DNA of 64,000 bases from Felis catus (GCF_018350175.1 NC_058368.1:71922001-71986000); one strand, 5' to 3'. Counted from the first letter of the stretch, positions 1 to 12,795 are shown. Program-made: numbers and translations. Notes: a model not told the origin generated them from the letters alone.

Positions 1-27
1 GAATCCATTCATATAGATGTTTTGAGG

Positions 28-195
28 CAGAGATTCTCAACTTGGGTTGCATATTAAAAACGTCTGGGTAATTTTTTAAAACCTTGGAAATTTTTAAGCA
101 AACTACACTCCAAGCTAATTAAATCAGAATCATGGTGGGTGTGGGGTGGTGGTGAGACCCAGACATCAGTCCTTTTGAAAACTCCTCAGGTTTAA
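28..195. mobile_element. MER5-like hAT-Charlie DNA transposon remnant
   Basis: Starts cagagattctcaacttgggttgcatatt; has aaatcagaatc...gtgagacccagacatcagt...aaactcctcagg, resembling recalled MER5 consensus; degraded. Confidence 0.4.
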
Positions 196-209
196 ACTCT
201 TCATCAAAG

Positions 210-366
210 TCAGTGGTTCTCAAGCTCTAATGGACATTCTAATAACCTGGAGGGCTTTTAAACCTGGTTGCCAGCCCTCACCTGTGGAGTTTCAGATTCT
301 GTAGGTCTGGGGTGGGAAGTGGACATTTGTGGGTTAAAAAAGCTCCCGCACGTGATTCTGATGCTA
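210..366. mobile_element. MER5A-like hAT-Charlie remnant
   Basis: cagtggttctcaa start; gtttcagattctgtaggtctggggtggg and gtgattctgatgct motifs typical of MER5A. Confidence 0.55.
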
Positions 367-600
367 ATCTCTGAGATTCACAGTCCTTGTGGAGGAAGTC
401 CAGGTCCAACCTGGGACGTGGTATTAGAGTAGCTCAAAGGTCAAACTAATGCATCAACATACCATTCTTGGCCTCGAGGGGTCAAGGTGGCATTTTGGCT
501 TCATACTCTTGGAGGAACAACTAGATGCTTGTGTCTCTCCAGGGCTCACCAGCTCAGAGGGGAGACCAGAGGATGGAAGCCACCTCCAGAGCTCAGTTCT

Positions 601-809
601 TTTTTTTTTTTCAATATATGAAGTTTATTGTCAAATTGGTTTCCATACAACACCCAGTGCTCATCCCAAAAGGTGCTCTCCTCAATACCCATCACCCACC
701 CTCCCCTCCCTCCCACCCCCCATCAACCCTCAGTTTGTTCTCAGTTTTTAAGAGTCTCTTATGCTTTGGCTCTCTCCCACTCTAACCTCCTTTTTTTTTT
801 TTTTTTTTT
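601..809 (-). mobile_element. Young cat-type L1, ~210-bp 3' UTR end (5'-truncated)
   Basis: Near-identical to the reverse complement of 17820-18017; poly(T) at left; TSD cagagctcagttct (587-600) / cagagcccagttct (810-823), 1 mismatch. Confidence 0.95.
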
Positions 810-919
810 CAGAGCCCAGTTCTAATGGTGGTTTGCTAGGCCTGTTCCCTCCCCTGAGCCCTTCCATTCCATGTGGCCTGTTGTCTCTCAGGCTCTGGAC
901 AGGGTGTCCATATTGCACT

Positions 920-1075
920 CTGATGGGGAAATAGAATTTAGAACAAAATCTCCCAATCCAGAAGTCCTCTCCACAAAGGTAGTAGAGAGAGAACCTGCTT
1001 TTATTATTAAGCATTAAATCAGAATGTGATGTGCATCAACGTGAACCTTAAAAAAATTTTTTTTAATGTGTATTT

Positions 1076-1120
<45 letters not shown>

Positions 1121-1745
1121 CGCGCGCAAGTGGGGCAGGGGCAGAAAGAGAGGGAGACACAGAATCTGAAACAGGCTCCAGGCTCCAAGCTGTCAGCATA
1201 GAGCCTGACGTGGGTCTTGAGCTCATGGACCGTGAGATCATGACCTGAGCCGAAGTCAGACGCTTAACCACCTGAGCCGCCCAGACGTCCCCAAGGTGAA
1301 CCTTTAATATTGTAAAGACAGAAAGCAATCTCACCCTTTTATAGCCAAGCAGATCCAACTTGTTGCAGATTTGTTCTCAAGATAAACAGTAACTAGTTCT
1401 CAAGTAACAGTACTTTCACATCTTTAGGACTGGAGGTAGTTGTGTAGCTCAGAGCCAGGCACCCTCAGAAATTAGGTTCCCACTCCCACCGTCCCAGGAA
1501 ATGGGAATAGGGGTACTATCCATATATACATTTGCATTTCAAAGAGTTGACTCCCAGGTCTTTGAGAAAGACATTTCTAGGTTGTAAAACTGACAAAAGA
1601 CCTATCTAGTTTTCAAGAGGATTTATCTACATTTTAAAGAGAGGAAAATTACTTATAGTTTTAGGTTTTTGAAAATAAATGCTCTAAGAAAAAGGAAGGG
1701 AGGGGGATATTTTCTATTTTCAAAAGGGAGAAATATGGCTCTTAT
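920..1745 (-). mobile_element. ERV1-type solo LTR (MER89/MER90/MER110-like), split by a SINE
   Basis: Resembles recalled consensus (cctctccacaaaggtag..., catttcaaagag...ctcccaggtc...gagaaagacatt); minus-strand TATA (ttttata 1337-1343) and AATAAA (tttatt 1000-1005) in LTR order. Confidence 0.55.
1050..1292 (-). mobile_element. CAN-SINE (SINEC_Fc family)
   Basis: Reverse of tRNA-derived head, (GA)n tract, T-rich tail; TSD aa(c/g)gtgaacctt at 1038-1049 / 1293-1304. Confidence 0.97.
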
Positions 1746-1746
1746 T

Positions 1747-1798
1747 TTAAATTAAATTAAATTAAATTAAATTAAATTAAATTAAATTAAATTAAATT
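1747..1798. repeat. (AAATT)n microsatellite
   Basis: About 10 perfect pentamer units. Confidence 0.95.
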
Positions 1799-1807
1799 TT
1801 TACAAGC

Positions 1808-2196
1808 TGTCTTAATTGTGGGCTGTCATAACAAAATTCCATAGACTGGGTGGTTTAAACAACAAATATTTATTTCTCACAGTCCTGGAGGTTGGTGAGT
1901 CCAAGCTCAAGGTGCTGGCAAATTTGGTGATTGGTAAGAACCCACTTTCCAACTTGTAGATGGCCACCTTCTCCCTGTCCTCACAGGATGGCAGGGAAAG
2001 AGAGAGAGAGACAGACAGACAGCAGAAACTCTGGTGTGTCTTGTTGTAAGGACACTAATCCTATGATTCAGGGCTCCACCCTTAGGACCCATTTACATTA
2101 ATTACCTCCATATAGGCCCTATCTCCAAATACAGTCACGTTGGGGAATAAGATTTCAACATATGAATTTTGGGAGGACGCAGTTCAGTCCATAGCA
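1808..2196 (-). mobile_element. MLT1A/A0-like MaLR LTR
   Basis: gctgtcataacaaaattccatagactgggtggtttaaacaac ... ttcaacatatgaattttgggagg...ttcagtccatagca; TG...CA ends. Confidence 0.85.
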
Positions 2197-2344
2197 CATG
2201 CACAGTCCAAGGGCTGTGTCCACCCCATTGTGGGAAACTTTTCAATGTACCTTTCTGTGGCATTAACACCACTGTCAGTTGGGCGAGCATCTGCCAGGCC
2301 AGATCAATCCACTGGAATTGTTCTCTCTTTCCTGTCATGTCCGT

Positions 2345-2412
2345 CCCTCTTCTTCTTCCTCCTCCTCCTCTTCTTTTTCCTCCTCCTCCTCCTCCTCTTC
2401 CTCCTCCTCCTT
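2345..2412. repeat. (CCT/CTT)n polypyrimidine tract
   Basis: Imperfect trinucleotide repeat, pyrimidines only. Confidence 0.9.
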
Positions 2413-3043
2413 GGATAGCAGTCTTTTCTGCCTTTCCTTCTCTTCATCACTTAAGGATTTTAAGGGCTTTGAGGGGACCTCAGCCAGACTTTATTTAACA
2501 TCCCAGATGAATTTTGAGAGTTCTTTTTGGTCCCCACTGGAGCATCCAGTAAGAATTCACGTATGGTGCATCATGCAGCAGATTTACTTCTACAAGCCCT
2601 GCTCTTTGACATGGAACCTGGTCTCTCTGGATTAAGGGAGAGGACAGATAGGCAGTTTCTTGGGTTCTAGAACCTCAGTGGAAATGTAAGAAGGTTCAAA
2701 AACTGGTCCTTACTAGAACTTCCCTCAGGGCATTTAATACTTCCGTGGGAGTAAAATTGAGACCTCCTACAGTACATACTTTGGTTACAAAAATAGGCTA
2801 TAAACTTTCCTTAAAAGATGTGCTTGCTTAGCTGTAGGGAGAGTTGTTTTGCTAGTGAAGAGAACCCATCAGAGCCCCTATTCTCCTGCCTCCAAAAGCT
2901 GGTGCCCATTCTCTCTTCTAAGTGATGAACAAATATTTAAATATTTGGAGGCTTCCACATTATGTGTCTTTCTACCCCTTACCTACTGCCCCCCCCCCCC
3001 GCCCCCGCCAAGCTTACCCATATGTCTCAGTCTGGCCCTTTAC

Positions 3044-3126
3044 CTCTCTCTCTCCCCCTCCAAGAAGTCATCTCTCTCTCCCCCTCTAAGAAGTCATCTT
3101 TCTCTCCCCCTTCCAAGAAGTCATCT
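3044..3126. repeat. 3-copy 26-27 bp minisatellite
   Basis: aagaagtcatct at 3062, 3088, 3115, each preceded by ctctccccct. Confidence 0.85.
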
Positions 3127-3589
3127 TTTTCTTGAGTTGACTGAAATCCTGTACTTTTTAAATATAAACTTTTACTATGCTTATGTTAGTAATGTCTTTA
3201 AGACTACCAAAATCATGACATATGGCAACATTCTTCAAATTCTTATTCTTTGTGTTTCTTTAGCCAGAATCTCTCTATCTATACTTTTGTTAACCTCTTG
3301 GTCATCTAGCTCAGTCCACATTCCCATCCCAGTAGGACACCAGAACTTCCAAGGTCGGGCAAGGCTCAGTCTTGCCCCATGTGTTCTTAACAATATTCCT
3401 CTTCCACACATTTAAAAATGTGTAAGATAGTTGTCTTGCTACTTGACAGGAGCAAGGCAGAACCACCAGAATAGTAAAAAATGGGGAAAAGAGGAAGGTT
3501 TTAGTATATTGTTTTTTCCAGAGGTAATAACAGAAACAGAAAAATGACTAAGAGACATGAGAGTTCACTATGGGACAGCACAATACTTC

Positions 3590-3730
3590 ACATACGCAAT
3601 CTCACTTAATCCTCACTGCAGCCCTGTGAGGGGCTTCCCAATGAAGGAAGCACAGTTATGACCTAGGTTTTACAGATGAGGAAGAAGAGGATTAGAAAGT
3701 TGAAGTACCACGTAAAGGCTGGGGAATGTA
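3590..3730 (-). mobile_element. MIR fragment
   Basis: ctcacttaatcctcac...ccctgtgagg...ttttacagatgaggaa = reverse MIR core. Confidence 0.55.
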
Positions 3731-3797
3731 GAACACCAGGTGGAGGCAGTACCTTGTTGAAATCTCTTTACCCCAGAGCTTGGAGTAGAGGCTAAAA

Positions 3798-4345
3798 CAG
3801 TGCCATCTAATACAAATATAATGAGATCCACACATGTAATTAAAAATTTCCTAGTACCACATTTTTTATTTGAGAGAGAGAGAGGGTGTGCAAGTGAGTG
3901 AGAGGAAGGGACAGAAGGAGAGAGAGAGAGGAGAAAGAGAGAAGCTGGGCTTACCCAAAGTGGGGCTTGTGTTCACCTGAAGCAGGGCTTGAGCTCACCC
4001 AATGCGGGGCTCGAAATCATGAACCATGAGATCATGACCTGAGCCAAAGTCAGATGCTTAACCAACTGAGCCACCCAGATGCCTAGTACCACATTAAAAA
4101 AGGAAAAAGAAACATGTGAAATTAATTTTAATAATGTATTGAACCCAATATATAAACAATGTTACTACTTTAAGATGTCATCAATATAAAATTATACGTG
4201 AGATGTTTTTCATTTTTTTCATACTAAATTTTTGAAATCTGGTATGTATTTTATATTCACGGTACATCTCAATTTGGATCAGCCACAGGACAAAGCACCC
4301 AATAGCCATATGTGGCTAGTGGTTACCACCTTAGGTACCATATTA
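3798..4345. mobile_element. MER33/MER3-like hAT-Charlie element, split by a SINE
   Basis: aatataatgag...catgtaatt...ctagtaccacatt...catctcaatttgga...aatagccatatgtggctagtggttacc. Confidence 0.7.
3864..4082 (-). mobile_element. CAN-SINE
   Basis: catgagatcatgacctgagccaaagtcag...actgagccaccca; perfect TSD ctagtaccacatt 3851-3863 / 4083-4095. Confidence 0.95.
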
Positions 4346-4384
4346 CATACCATATTACAGTGCAAGTCTAGAATCCAGTAGGTG

Positions 4385-4770
4385 ATTAGAGAAGAGACAA
4401 TAGTGCTCAGCAAATATTCCATGTGCTCCACTGCATTTCCCTCTTGCACATAGGAGAGCACATCATTAGTTCTAGTCAATGGGCTGTGAGCAGTAGTTAC
4501 ATGTGCCATTTTTGGGTCAAAGCATTTAACTGTCCGTGACCCCTATCTCCTCTTAGGTTTTTCCTTTGGTGTAGCAACTGAGGAGGCTTGTATTATGTTG
4601 GTGAAGGCACAAGTTGAGGTAGCCTGGATCTCTAAGTTGCCACATGGCAGTGGTTGCCCTAGACACACTGGACTTTGCAAGGGGGAAAAATAAACTTCAG
4701 TTGTGTTAAGATACGAAGATGTTGGAATCATTTGTTTTGACATCAGAGCCTAGCCTTATCTGACTAATGG
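4385..4770 (+). mobile_element. Old MLT1 (I/J-like) MaLR LTR
   Basis: ttctagtcaatgggctgtgagcag...aaataaacttcagttgtgttaag...cctagccttatctgactaat. Confidence 0.6.
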
Positions 4771-5609
4771 AATGATCACAGATTTTGGTGAATTAATGAG
4801 TGAAGGGACATAATGAGAAGAAGAACCGTATTCCTCCAGGGGCCAGAAGAACAGGGAGAGTTTGGGCCAACCAGCTAAGGTGACCTTAACCCAGAAATAC
4901 TGGTGTAATTATAGACTGTGCTAGACCTGGTGATGTCGTCTCTGCTGGATACAATGGAGCAATCCAGAAGAGGTCCAGAACACCAGGATCCTGGCAACTT
5001 AGCACTGATGATCTCACTTGAAGAAAGTTTGTGCTCTGACATTTCCTTTTCCTGTAGCAACATTTACTCCTTTCTTGAGTATCCTGTTTGCTCGAATGTA
5101 CTGCGTAAAGTATAAAAAGATGGAAGCATCAAAAAAGCCATAATGTGAAGAAAAACTCTTAGACAAGAACTTCTCTTGTAGGTGAAAAAATTCTCCACTT
5201 TTGATAGAGGAAGCTGAAGAGAAATCTGATCTCATCCAGTAAACTATAAATAACAATCCAATAAGGTACAATGTCTAGGGTTCTAAGACCTAACTGGTTT
5301 TGCAATTAAAGGCTGCCCATCTCAGTTTTTAATATCTCTTGGAAAAGTTGTAAAAATTTATTGAGTCCATTGGATCAATTTATTCCTGAAAGTATCATAT
5401 TTAACTTATGAGGCTGTCAGCAGAACCATTCATAATTTATCCAAGATACCTTCAACTCATGATCACTGGTGTTTCCTTGATGTTGAGCTGCTTATAGACT
5501 ACAAAGATTGATGTTTTCAGCATCCAGAGAGATTATTTTATTAATGTCATTGCTGTTTGTAGTCATGTCCTATCAAGGTCAAAGACTTGTGAAGCCATCA
5601 ATCCAGAGT

Positions 5610-5830
5610 CACTGTTACTGAGCACTTACTGTGTGCCCAGCATTTCATGTGCATTATCTCCTTCAGTCCTCCAAATAGCTCCATGACATAGGCATTATTA
5701 TTCATATTTTACAGATGAAGAAATTGGGCCCAGAAATATGAAGTACCTTGTCCAAGATCACCCAGTGAGGAAGAAGTGGTACAACAATTCCAACCAAGCT
5801 TTGTCTGATTCCCAACACATACTTCTACCC
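5610..5830 (-). mobile_element. MIR
   Basis: actgagcacttactgtgtgcc...attttacagatgaagaaa...cttgtccaagatcac. Confidence 0.75.
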
Positions 5831-5867
5831 AGGAAACCATGTTCCTCCCTAGTGTGGAAATGGGCAT

Positions 5868-6263
5868 TGCATTAGCTTGCTGGGGCTGCTGTTATAAAGT
5901 ACCACAGAATGGGTGGTTTAAACGACAGAAATTGATTGTCTCACTGTTCTGGAGGCCAGAAATCTGAAACCTAGGTGTCAACAGGGTTGGTTGCTTCTGA
6001 GGTCTTTGAGGAAAGTATGTGTCCCTGGCCTCTCTCCTTGGCTTGTAGATGGCCATCTTCTCCCTGTGTCTTCACATTGTCTTTCCTCTATACAATGTCT
6101 GTGTTCCGATATTCTCTTCTCATAGGGATGACAATCATATTGATTAGGGCCCACCTTAATGACCTCTACAAAGACCTTATCTCCAAACATAATCACATTC
6201 TGAGGTACAAGGGTTAGTATTTCAATATGCGGGTGCTAGAAGGGACATAATTCAGCCCATAAA
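5868..6263 (-). mobile_element. MLT1B-like MaLR LTR
   Basis: ggctgctgttataaagtaccacagaatgggtggtttaaac...gattagggcccaccttaatgacc...aattcagcccataa. Confidence 0.85.
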
Positions 6264-6765
6264 GATATGCAGTCAATTTGTTTTTCTAAGAAGTTATACT
6301 ACTGTCTACTTTAGGGATGTGACCTTCATTTGAATCCTTATGGCTGGAATTTCAGTAGCCAAGTCAATTTGAGTTGTGTCTGATTTATATTCATCCTTCT
6401 GAAGGCTGAACTTGGAAGTGCCACCTAGCAGTGACATCTGTGGCATGGAGGCATGACTGTCCTTTCTTCAGTGTGCAAAGGGATACATGGAAAAGATTGA
6501 CTTAGGGTATTTTGGTTTATCGACTCTTTGAGTCACTGCTTCCTCCTGCTTCAAAGGACTATTTAGAGATTAATTGAATAAAAATTGCAACATGAGTGGG
6601 TAGCTGGGACTTGGAGGCAGTGACTCATATTCTTCACAGGACCTGGTATAAATTATAAGCGAAGGCTGGTATGCTTACCCTTTTGTGTCACTATCTATGT
6701 GGAGGGCACATTTGATTTTGAGTGAGTTTGAATGGAAAGAATAAAGGATTTGGAACAGGTTTTGG

Positions 6766-6840
6766 TGTTTGTGTGTGAGTGTGTGTGTATATACGAGTGT
6801 GTGTGTGTGTGTGTGTTTGTGTGTGTGTATGTGTGTTTGC
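6766..6840. repeat. Imperfect (TG)n microsatellite
   Basis: Interrupted TG run. Confidence 0.9.
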
Positions 6841-7965
6841 ATGAAAGTGTTTGAGATGGGCAAGTCAAGAACACAGAGATAATGAATGACCCAAGAGGAA
6901 CAACAAGCCTGAGGTGGAGCAGGGGTGGGGAAGAGGACTCATTAAAGGAACACCAAAGACCATCTCTGTTGACCCTACTGACTTTTCCAGACACAGAGGT
7001 CTAAATCTAAGTCTCTGAGAGCAGTTTTAGGTTTCCAGAAGACAGAGGTCCCAAGTTGGCTTCTTTCCTCCTTTTCCTAAAGATGGAACTTTGGAACATT
7101 CTGAGCCCTGTATTCTCTTCTGTCACTGCTTCTTTCTAGTCTGAGATTTTGCAAAACTGTAACAAGGGGCTCATCTATCTGTTTCAGAAATGGACAAGCA
7201 TCCTAATGGTGGCTGTCTCAGCTCTGTGCTGCTCACTGGATAGGAGTTCTAGAAAAAGTCAAGCTGTGTTATGCAGCTTACTCAGTCACCTTTTGTGTCC
7301 TCAAAACATAAGCACGTTGTGTCTGACAAAGGTCATATAATAATCAGAGTTCTTTTGGGAGGACAGAGCTTCCTGAGTTATCCCATGGGGATGCAGTGCA
7401 AAGGAAGGAGAATTCTGTTTTATATCATTTTCAGAGTAGCCATCTTCTTGCTCTTGTTGATGGCTCACAGTGGCTCTGTGTCTGAACCATGCTTGGGGTA
7501 TGGAATATGACAGAGTATGTAGAATTGTTTATTATTGTTAGGTAAAAGACATTCATTTCTCAAAAGGAAACCTTACTCTGTCTCTGTGTGATTCTGCTCT
7601 TGCATGAGAGTATCAAAGCTGTAGTCCTGTGCTCTCGTGAAGAGAAATCTTTGTTTTCTGATCTCTGGCTGAGTAGGCTGAGTTTAGCTGAGAGGAGATT
7701 CCAGCTTTTTCTTTTGTCATAGTCAAGCTTTTCAGAATGAAGCGTTAATAGATGCAGAAACACTTTTACATGGTTGGAGAATTGTTCTCATAGGAGGATG
7801 CGATGTAATGATCCCCGTAGAAGTCAGACTAGTCTTCAGGATGAAACCTGTCAACACCAAAGCTCCACACAGTGTAAACACCTACACCTTCCTCACTTGC
7901 ACTCTTCCTGAGGTGCTGTCTCTTTGCAGTTCACTGTTTTCTCCTTGTTATGTATGCATGGGGGT

Positions 7966-8033
7966 TCTTTTCTTTTCTTTACTTTTCTTTTCTTTTCTTT
8001 TCTTTTCTTTTCTTTTCTTTTCTTTTCTTTTCT

Positions 8034-8079
<46 letters not shown>
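7966..8079. repeat. Compound (TTTTC)n/(TTTC)n microsatellite
   Basis: Pentamer run switching to tetramer run. Confidence 0.95.
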
Positions 8080-8080
<1 letters not shown>

Positions 8081-8645
8081 GAACATGAACTCAATGAGTG
8101 AAAACAATGGTATCTTTCTAACATACTTGGTTTTGTGTTTACCATAGCACCATAGAAATGTACAAGCATGTTGACTGTGTATTTACCTTCATGAAAAAGT
8201 ATCAGAAAGCTGCAGGGAATAGAATTTGAAACTCTGTAGACTGATCTGGCCAAACAATTAGCCATCCATCTGCTATCTGCCTTAGAAATGCTAAAAAGAA
8301 CAGAAGATGGGTTTAAAATCTAATTCTGTATGAGTAAAATAGGAAAGAGTAGGACCCTAAAAATTGACCCAGGCACTGGCCACATGGTTCCACTATCCCT
8401 GGAGGCTGGACTAGCCCTGGAGTCTGGGAAGTGGCACCAGAATCTTGGTTTTGCAAGAAACAAGGAAGGGCTATGGTTACTAGTCTGCTGTGCAATGGAA
8501 GTTTCCTTGGTCAACTCCAGTCTTTCTGAAGGACAGAATAGTACTGGGCTGCCTATTGACTAGCCTATACTGACAGCTAGAATAAGGTCAGGGCTGGAAC
8601 AGTGAGACACCTGTGTTTTGGGTATAGAAAGAGACAAGGACCACA

Positions 8646-9211
8646 TGTATTAGTCATCTATTGCTATGTAAAAAGTTACCCCAAAATGTAGTGTCTTAAA
8701 ACAACAAAAGTTTACTATATCATAATTTATATGGATGAAGCCTAGTTGGGTGTGTCTTTCTCTAGGTCTCTCTAAAAGCTGCCATCTAGGTGTCCCTTGG
8801 GGCTGCCATCTCATGTGAAAGCTTGGCTGAAGGAGAATCTGCCTTCAGGATTGCTCTCACATGGGATTGCTGGCAGGATTTCAGAGTTTCTCATGGGCTG
8901 TTGAACCAAGGACCTAGGTGTCCTGCTGGCTGTTAGCCAAAGATCTCTCTCAGTTTCTTACCACATGGGCCTCTCTATGCAGCAGCTGGTTTCCTCAGAA
9001 TGAAGAAATGAGAGAGCAGTAGAGGGTGCCCAAGATGGAAGCCTGTGTTTTTGTAAACTCATCTCACAAGTGGTATCTCATAACTTGTGCCATTTCTTTT
9101 CCTTATAAGTGAGTTGGTAAGTGTAGTCAGACTCAAGGGCAGGGGATTACACAAAGATTTGTGTACCAGGAGACAGCATCATCGGGGTCTATCTTAGAGG
9201 ATTCCCACCAT
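8646..9211 (-). mobile_element. MLT1F-like MaLR LTR
   Basis: tgtattagtcatctattgct...ttaccccaaaa...cttaaaacaacaa...ccacatgggcctctc...ctcaagggcaggggattacacaaa. Confidence 0.75.
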
Positions 9212-11431
9212 ATCAAGGCAGAACAAGATAGGAATAGCAGAGTCACATGAGAAGAAATATGGAGAATTGAAAGCCTAATAATGAAAAAAAAAACCCCAAA
9301 AACCTCACAGGAGTTTGGGCTTTGCACAAACAGCCAAAAAGGACAGACATGAAACAACGAGATCTTACAAGCTAGAATAAATTTTGCTAAACTCATAAAA
9401 AGGGCAAAGAACATAGTCTTACACATATTCAGGTTTCGCATAAGGCTAAAAAGAAAGTACAATGCCTTATAAATATTTGTTGAATGCATGAAGCAGAGAA
9501 TTTTATATTTTTCCTTATAGTGCTTGATCTTTTTTGTTTCTTATAATGATTTGAAGAATTTGAGTCTCTTATAGATTAAACACAGATAGAGTTAGCAGTT
9601 CTCTCATTAGTACAATGGCAAAATAATATGTTGCCCAAATATTTTCTCTACATTCACTTCTGAGAGTAAAAGGGGGTGCTATTAATGACTTGGCAAGGTC
9701 TGCTGATGTACATGTATGGCTTCCTGGAAACTAGGATATATAGTCCGTTTAGATGTTATCTAAACTCCCTCAACAAAATATCCAGGGACTTGGGACAGCC
9801 TTGCAATGACTCAAGAATCCTCTGGTTTGGGGAAGATCAAGGAATACGGGGCCAAAGAAATTCTCAGGAGGACCCTCTTCCTCTGGTCTGGGCCATGGCC
9901 ACCTTGTTTGTGGAATCAGAAAAGAGTGAGACACTGTCCCTTTTCCCTTGGGAGTTGACTCTATTATGTTCTCCCTTCCTCTGGAGATTAATACAACTTT
10001 GGGGATCTCCTGGGTAACTAGCATATCAATCAACTAATGAAAGTGTGGGTGAGCATCTGCCCAGTCCAAGATCAAGCTCTGACTTTGAGACCACTTTACT
10101 CTGATGGCTCTTGCTTTTCCTTTCCCTGTAATATTTAAAGGAAATCTCCTTGTTTGGTAAATAAAAGTAAACAGCTTATATCCTATGGTGATGGAAATAA
10201 AGACCCTAATTGTTTTAAAATATTTTGTAAATAAAACATATGGTACAAATGACAATTTACCCTCACCATTTATCACAATATTTACAAAGAGACCTAGATT
10301 CTCATCTCAAAATCAATACCTTTTGATGATCAGTCATTAAAAGCTGTGGGGTTGCTTTTTCAGACTAAGGCTGTGTGTCGTGCCAGAACTGCCCCTGATA
10401 AGGCACCAGCATCATGTGAGTAAAGCCCAGAACTAACTGAGATATTGGCAGTTATAATCTTGAATGTAACATTGAGGAGAAACTACTCTCAGATGACATA
10501 AGGCTGATGCTCTGAACCATTTGATTTTCATTGGCCAGTGGCTTCTTGAATTTTCTGGAGATCTCTGAAGTTGAATCTGAATGTGTATCTTGTAAAGCAT
10601 TGATCTTTTCTCCCATGTGGAGCCAACCAACCTTAACAGGAGGGGAAACACGGTCATGTACCCACCTTAGTCTTTTTCCTTAGACAGAAGTATGAAATTG
10701 TGAATTGTGCTACTACTGATCTAACTCCATTGATATTTCTAGGAAGAAGTTCATCTTATTTATAAAGTTGGAAGGAGATGGAAACCATGGAGAAAGACAA
10801 TAGATTTTTATGGTACAGTCATGGCAAAATGACAAATTTTACAGTTAATTTCGTGTAATGGAAAGAGACTCTTGAACAGAGAATCTTGAATAGAGTAATT
10901 TCTTTTACCCCAAATTATGCACAGATAGATAAATGGTGCTTCTCTAACAAGTACAAGTAAAGTAACCATTTAACCCATACCCTTATATTCAACACTGTTG
11001 ATATGAAGGTGAGAACAATGGGCTGAAAAATGCAAAGCTTCCTTAGGAAGGAGCTCTGCTGGATTTGGCCAATTTCTTTTGACATGCATCAAGAGTCGTA
11101 TTTCCATGGCAGGCTCAGAATTTCACAGCTTTTGTGGCTTGTGACATTCTGATTTATGTGGAGATTAAAGAGGAACAACACACCAGACCAGAAGAGCATG
11201 ATCACAGAATGAATGCGGCACAATTGAAATCGAAGATGCTTCTTTCTTTCTGAGGCTCCACAGAAATCTCTGTGGCTTATACATCATATTTGTGTCTTAC
11301 CCACACGATAGGGCCTTGTCAGTGTTTTCTTGATGGACCTCAAAAAAGTCCATCCCATCTTGGAGAGTAGGCTTGCAGTGGGTACAGAGCCTGGCCTCCA
11401 TTTCTTTGGAAGAGAGATTCCTGAAGGTTGG

Positions 11432-11590
11432 AGGCAGTGCACTGTGGTGGAGAGGGCAAGGCATAAGCTACAGAGTTTGGGAGAAATGGGATTTAGACCC
11501 AGCCTTGAACTTTCTGGTTGTGGCCAAGTCAGTTATTTCTGGAGATGGGTTTTCTTCTCTGTAAACAGGGAACAATAATTAAACCTATCC
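11432..11590 (+). mobile_element. MIR fragment
   Basis: gtggtggagagggca...ttggccaagtcagtta...ttttcttctctgtaaacagggaacaataa. Confidence 0.5.
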
Positions 11591-12795
11591 CAGACATGTG
11601 ATGGAAAGTGAAAAGATTGCTTATAAACTGTGGTAATTACATGAAAGAACACATAAAAGCACAAGCACCATGGAGTCGTCATTAGCTGTTATTATCAAAG
11701 CATTCAGGGGGCATCTTCCAGATCGTTTTGAGTTGGTCTTTTGAAGGATGAATATTTACAACGTAATAATAGTTATATCCTTGTTTCCAGATCTAAAACT
11801 TGTATCACATGAAAATGAGGGAAATTATTTTCATCAATACCTCTGATTTGTGGGTGGGCAGTGGTAGGTGGAGATGAGAAACATTGAGGGAGTCTCAATG
11901 TGGATTAAAATAATGCAGAGAGCTGTTGCTTACTTTGGAATTGATGCAGTGTTCTCCCAATCTGCAGGCTTCTGGAGGCTGGGCTGGGGTTGGAGGAGAT
12001 CTTCATTACTTCCTGTACTTGGGAAGTGGGGAAGTTAGTGCTGCTTCCACTGCCTCTTATAATGCTTTCTTGGTCACCATTTCAAAAACTTTCCTCCTCC
12101 AACATGTTAAGCAATAAAAGAATTGTTCCCTCCAAAGACTGATTACTGGTCTTCCTCCCTCCTAACTCAATTCTCAGATGTCCTTCATTTATCCCGTTAG
12201 TGCTGCCTACTTCCTGAGCTAGTTCTGACCAGCAGAATGGAGATGAAGCCTCAGTTCACCAACTACAGCCCACTGAGAGCTTCTTGCTGGAGAGATCCAT
12301 TCATCACACTAGGCTCTTTCATTTTTCTTGCTCATTCTCCAGTTTCTTGTGGGTACCCCTGGAGGTTGGCACCCATGCTTCCTCTGCCCCTCAGCTGCTG
12401 GAGACCCCAAAGTTACCATCTGACGTACCATATTGCATGCTGCTGGTCTGGTGAGGGTAACTACACATAGTGGCTCCTTGAGACTTGACTTAGTGATGCC
12501 TGTCTGTTCCCACTTGAGTTGGGTCTTTCCTCTTCATCCTCTGTGCCAGGCACTGAGCACTGGACAAGAGTAAGTCTTCTGTGCACCTGGTAGTTTGTTC
12601 ACCTCCATCCAGCATGATCTTGGTTTCCTCTCCATTCTCTTTAAATCATAATTCTGAAGTTCTTGCGTGCCTCATGCTTGAGAATGTCCTAATGACTGGT
12701 AAAAATAAAAAAAAATGAAAATGGAGTCCTGTTTCTTTAGCCAGACAAAGGTTTAGTTACCAGCTGATCAACTGGAACATCAACACAGAAGCCCG

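Noticed and set aside
449..825. Near-identical ORFs at 0.5, 17.8 and 32.1 kb suggesting a small gene family
   Set aside because: Antisense translations of the same L1 3' UTR
2140..2635. Leu/Pro/Ser-rich ORFs
   Set aside because: Translations of the (CCT)n tract in three frames
2849..3415. 188-aa ORF
   Set aside because: Non-ATG start, low-complexity pyrimidine-rich DNA, no recognisable domain
7808..8265. Phe/Ser-rich and Lys/Arg/Glu-rich ORFs
   Set aside because: Products of the (TTTC)n microsatellite
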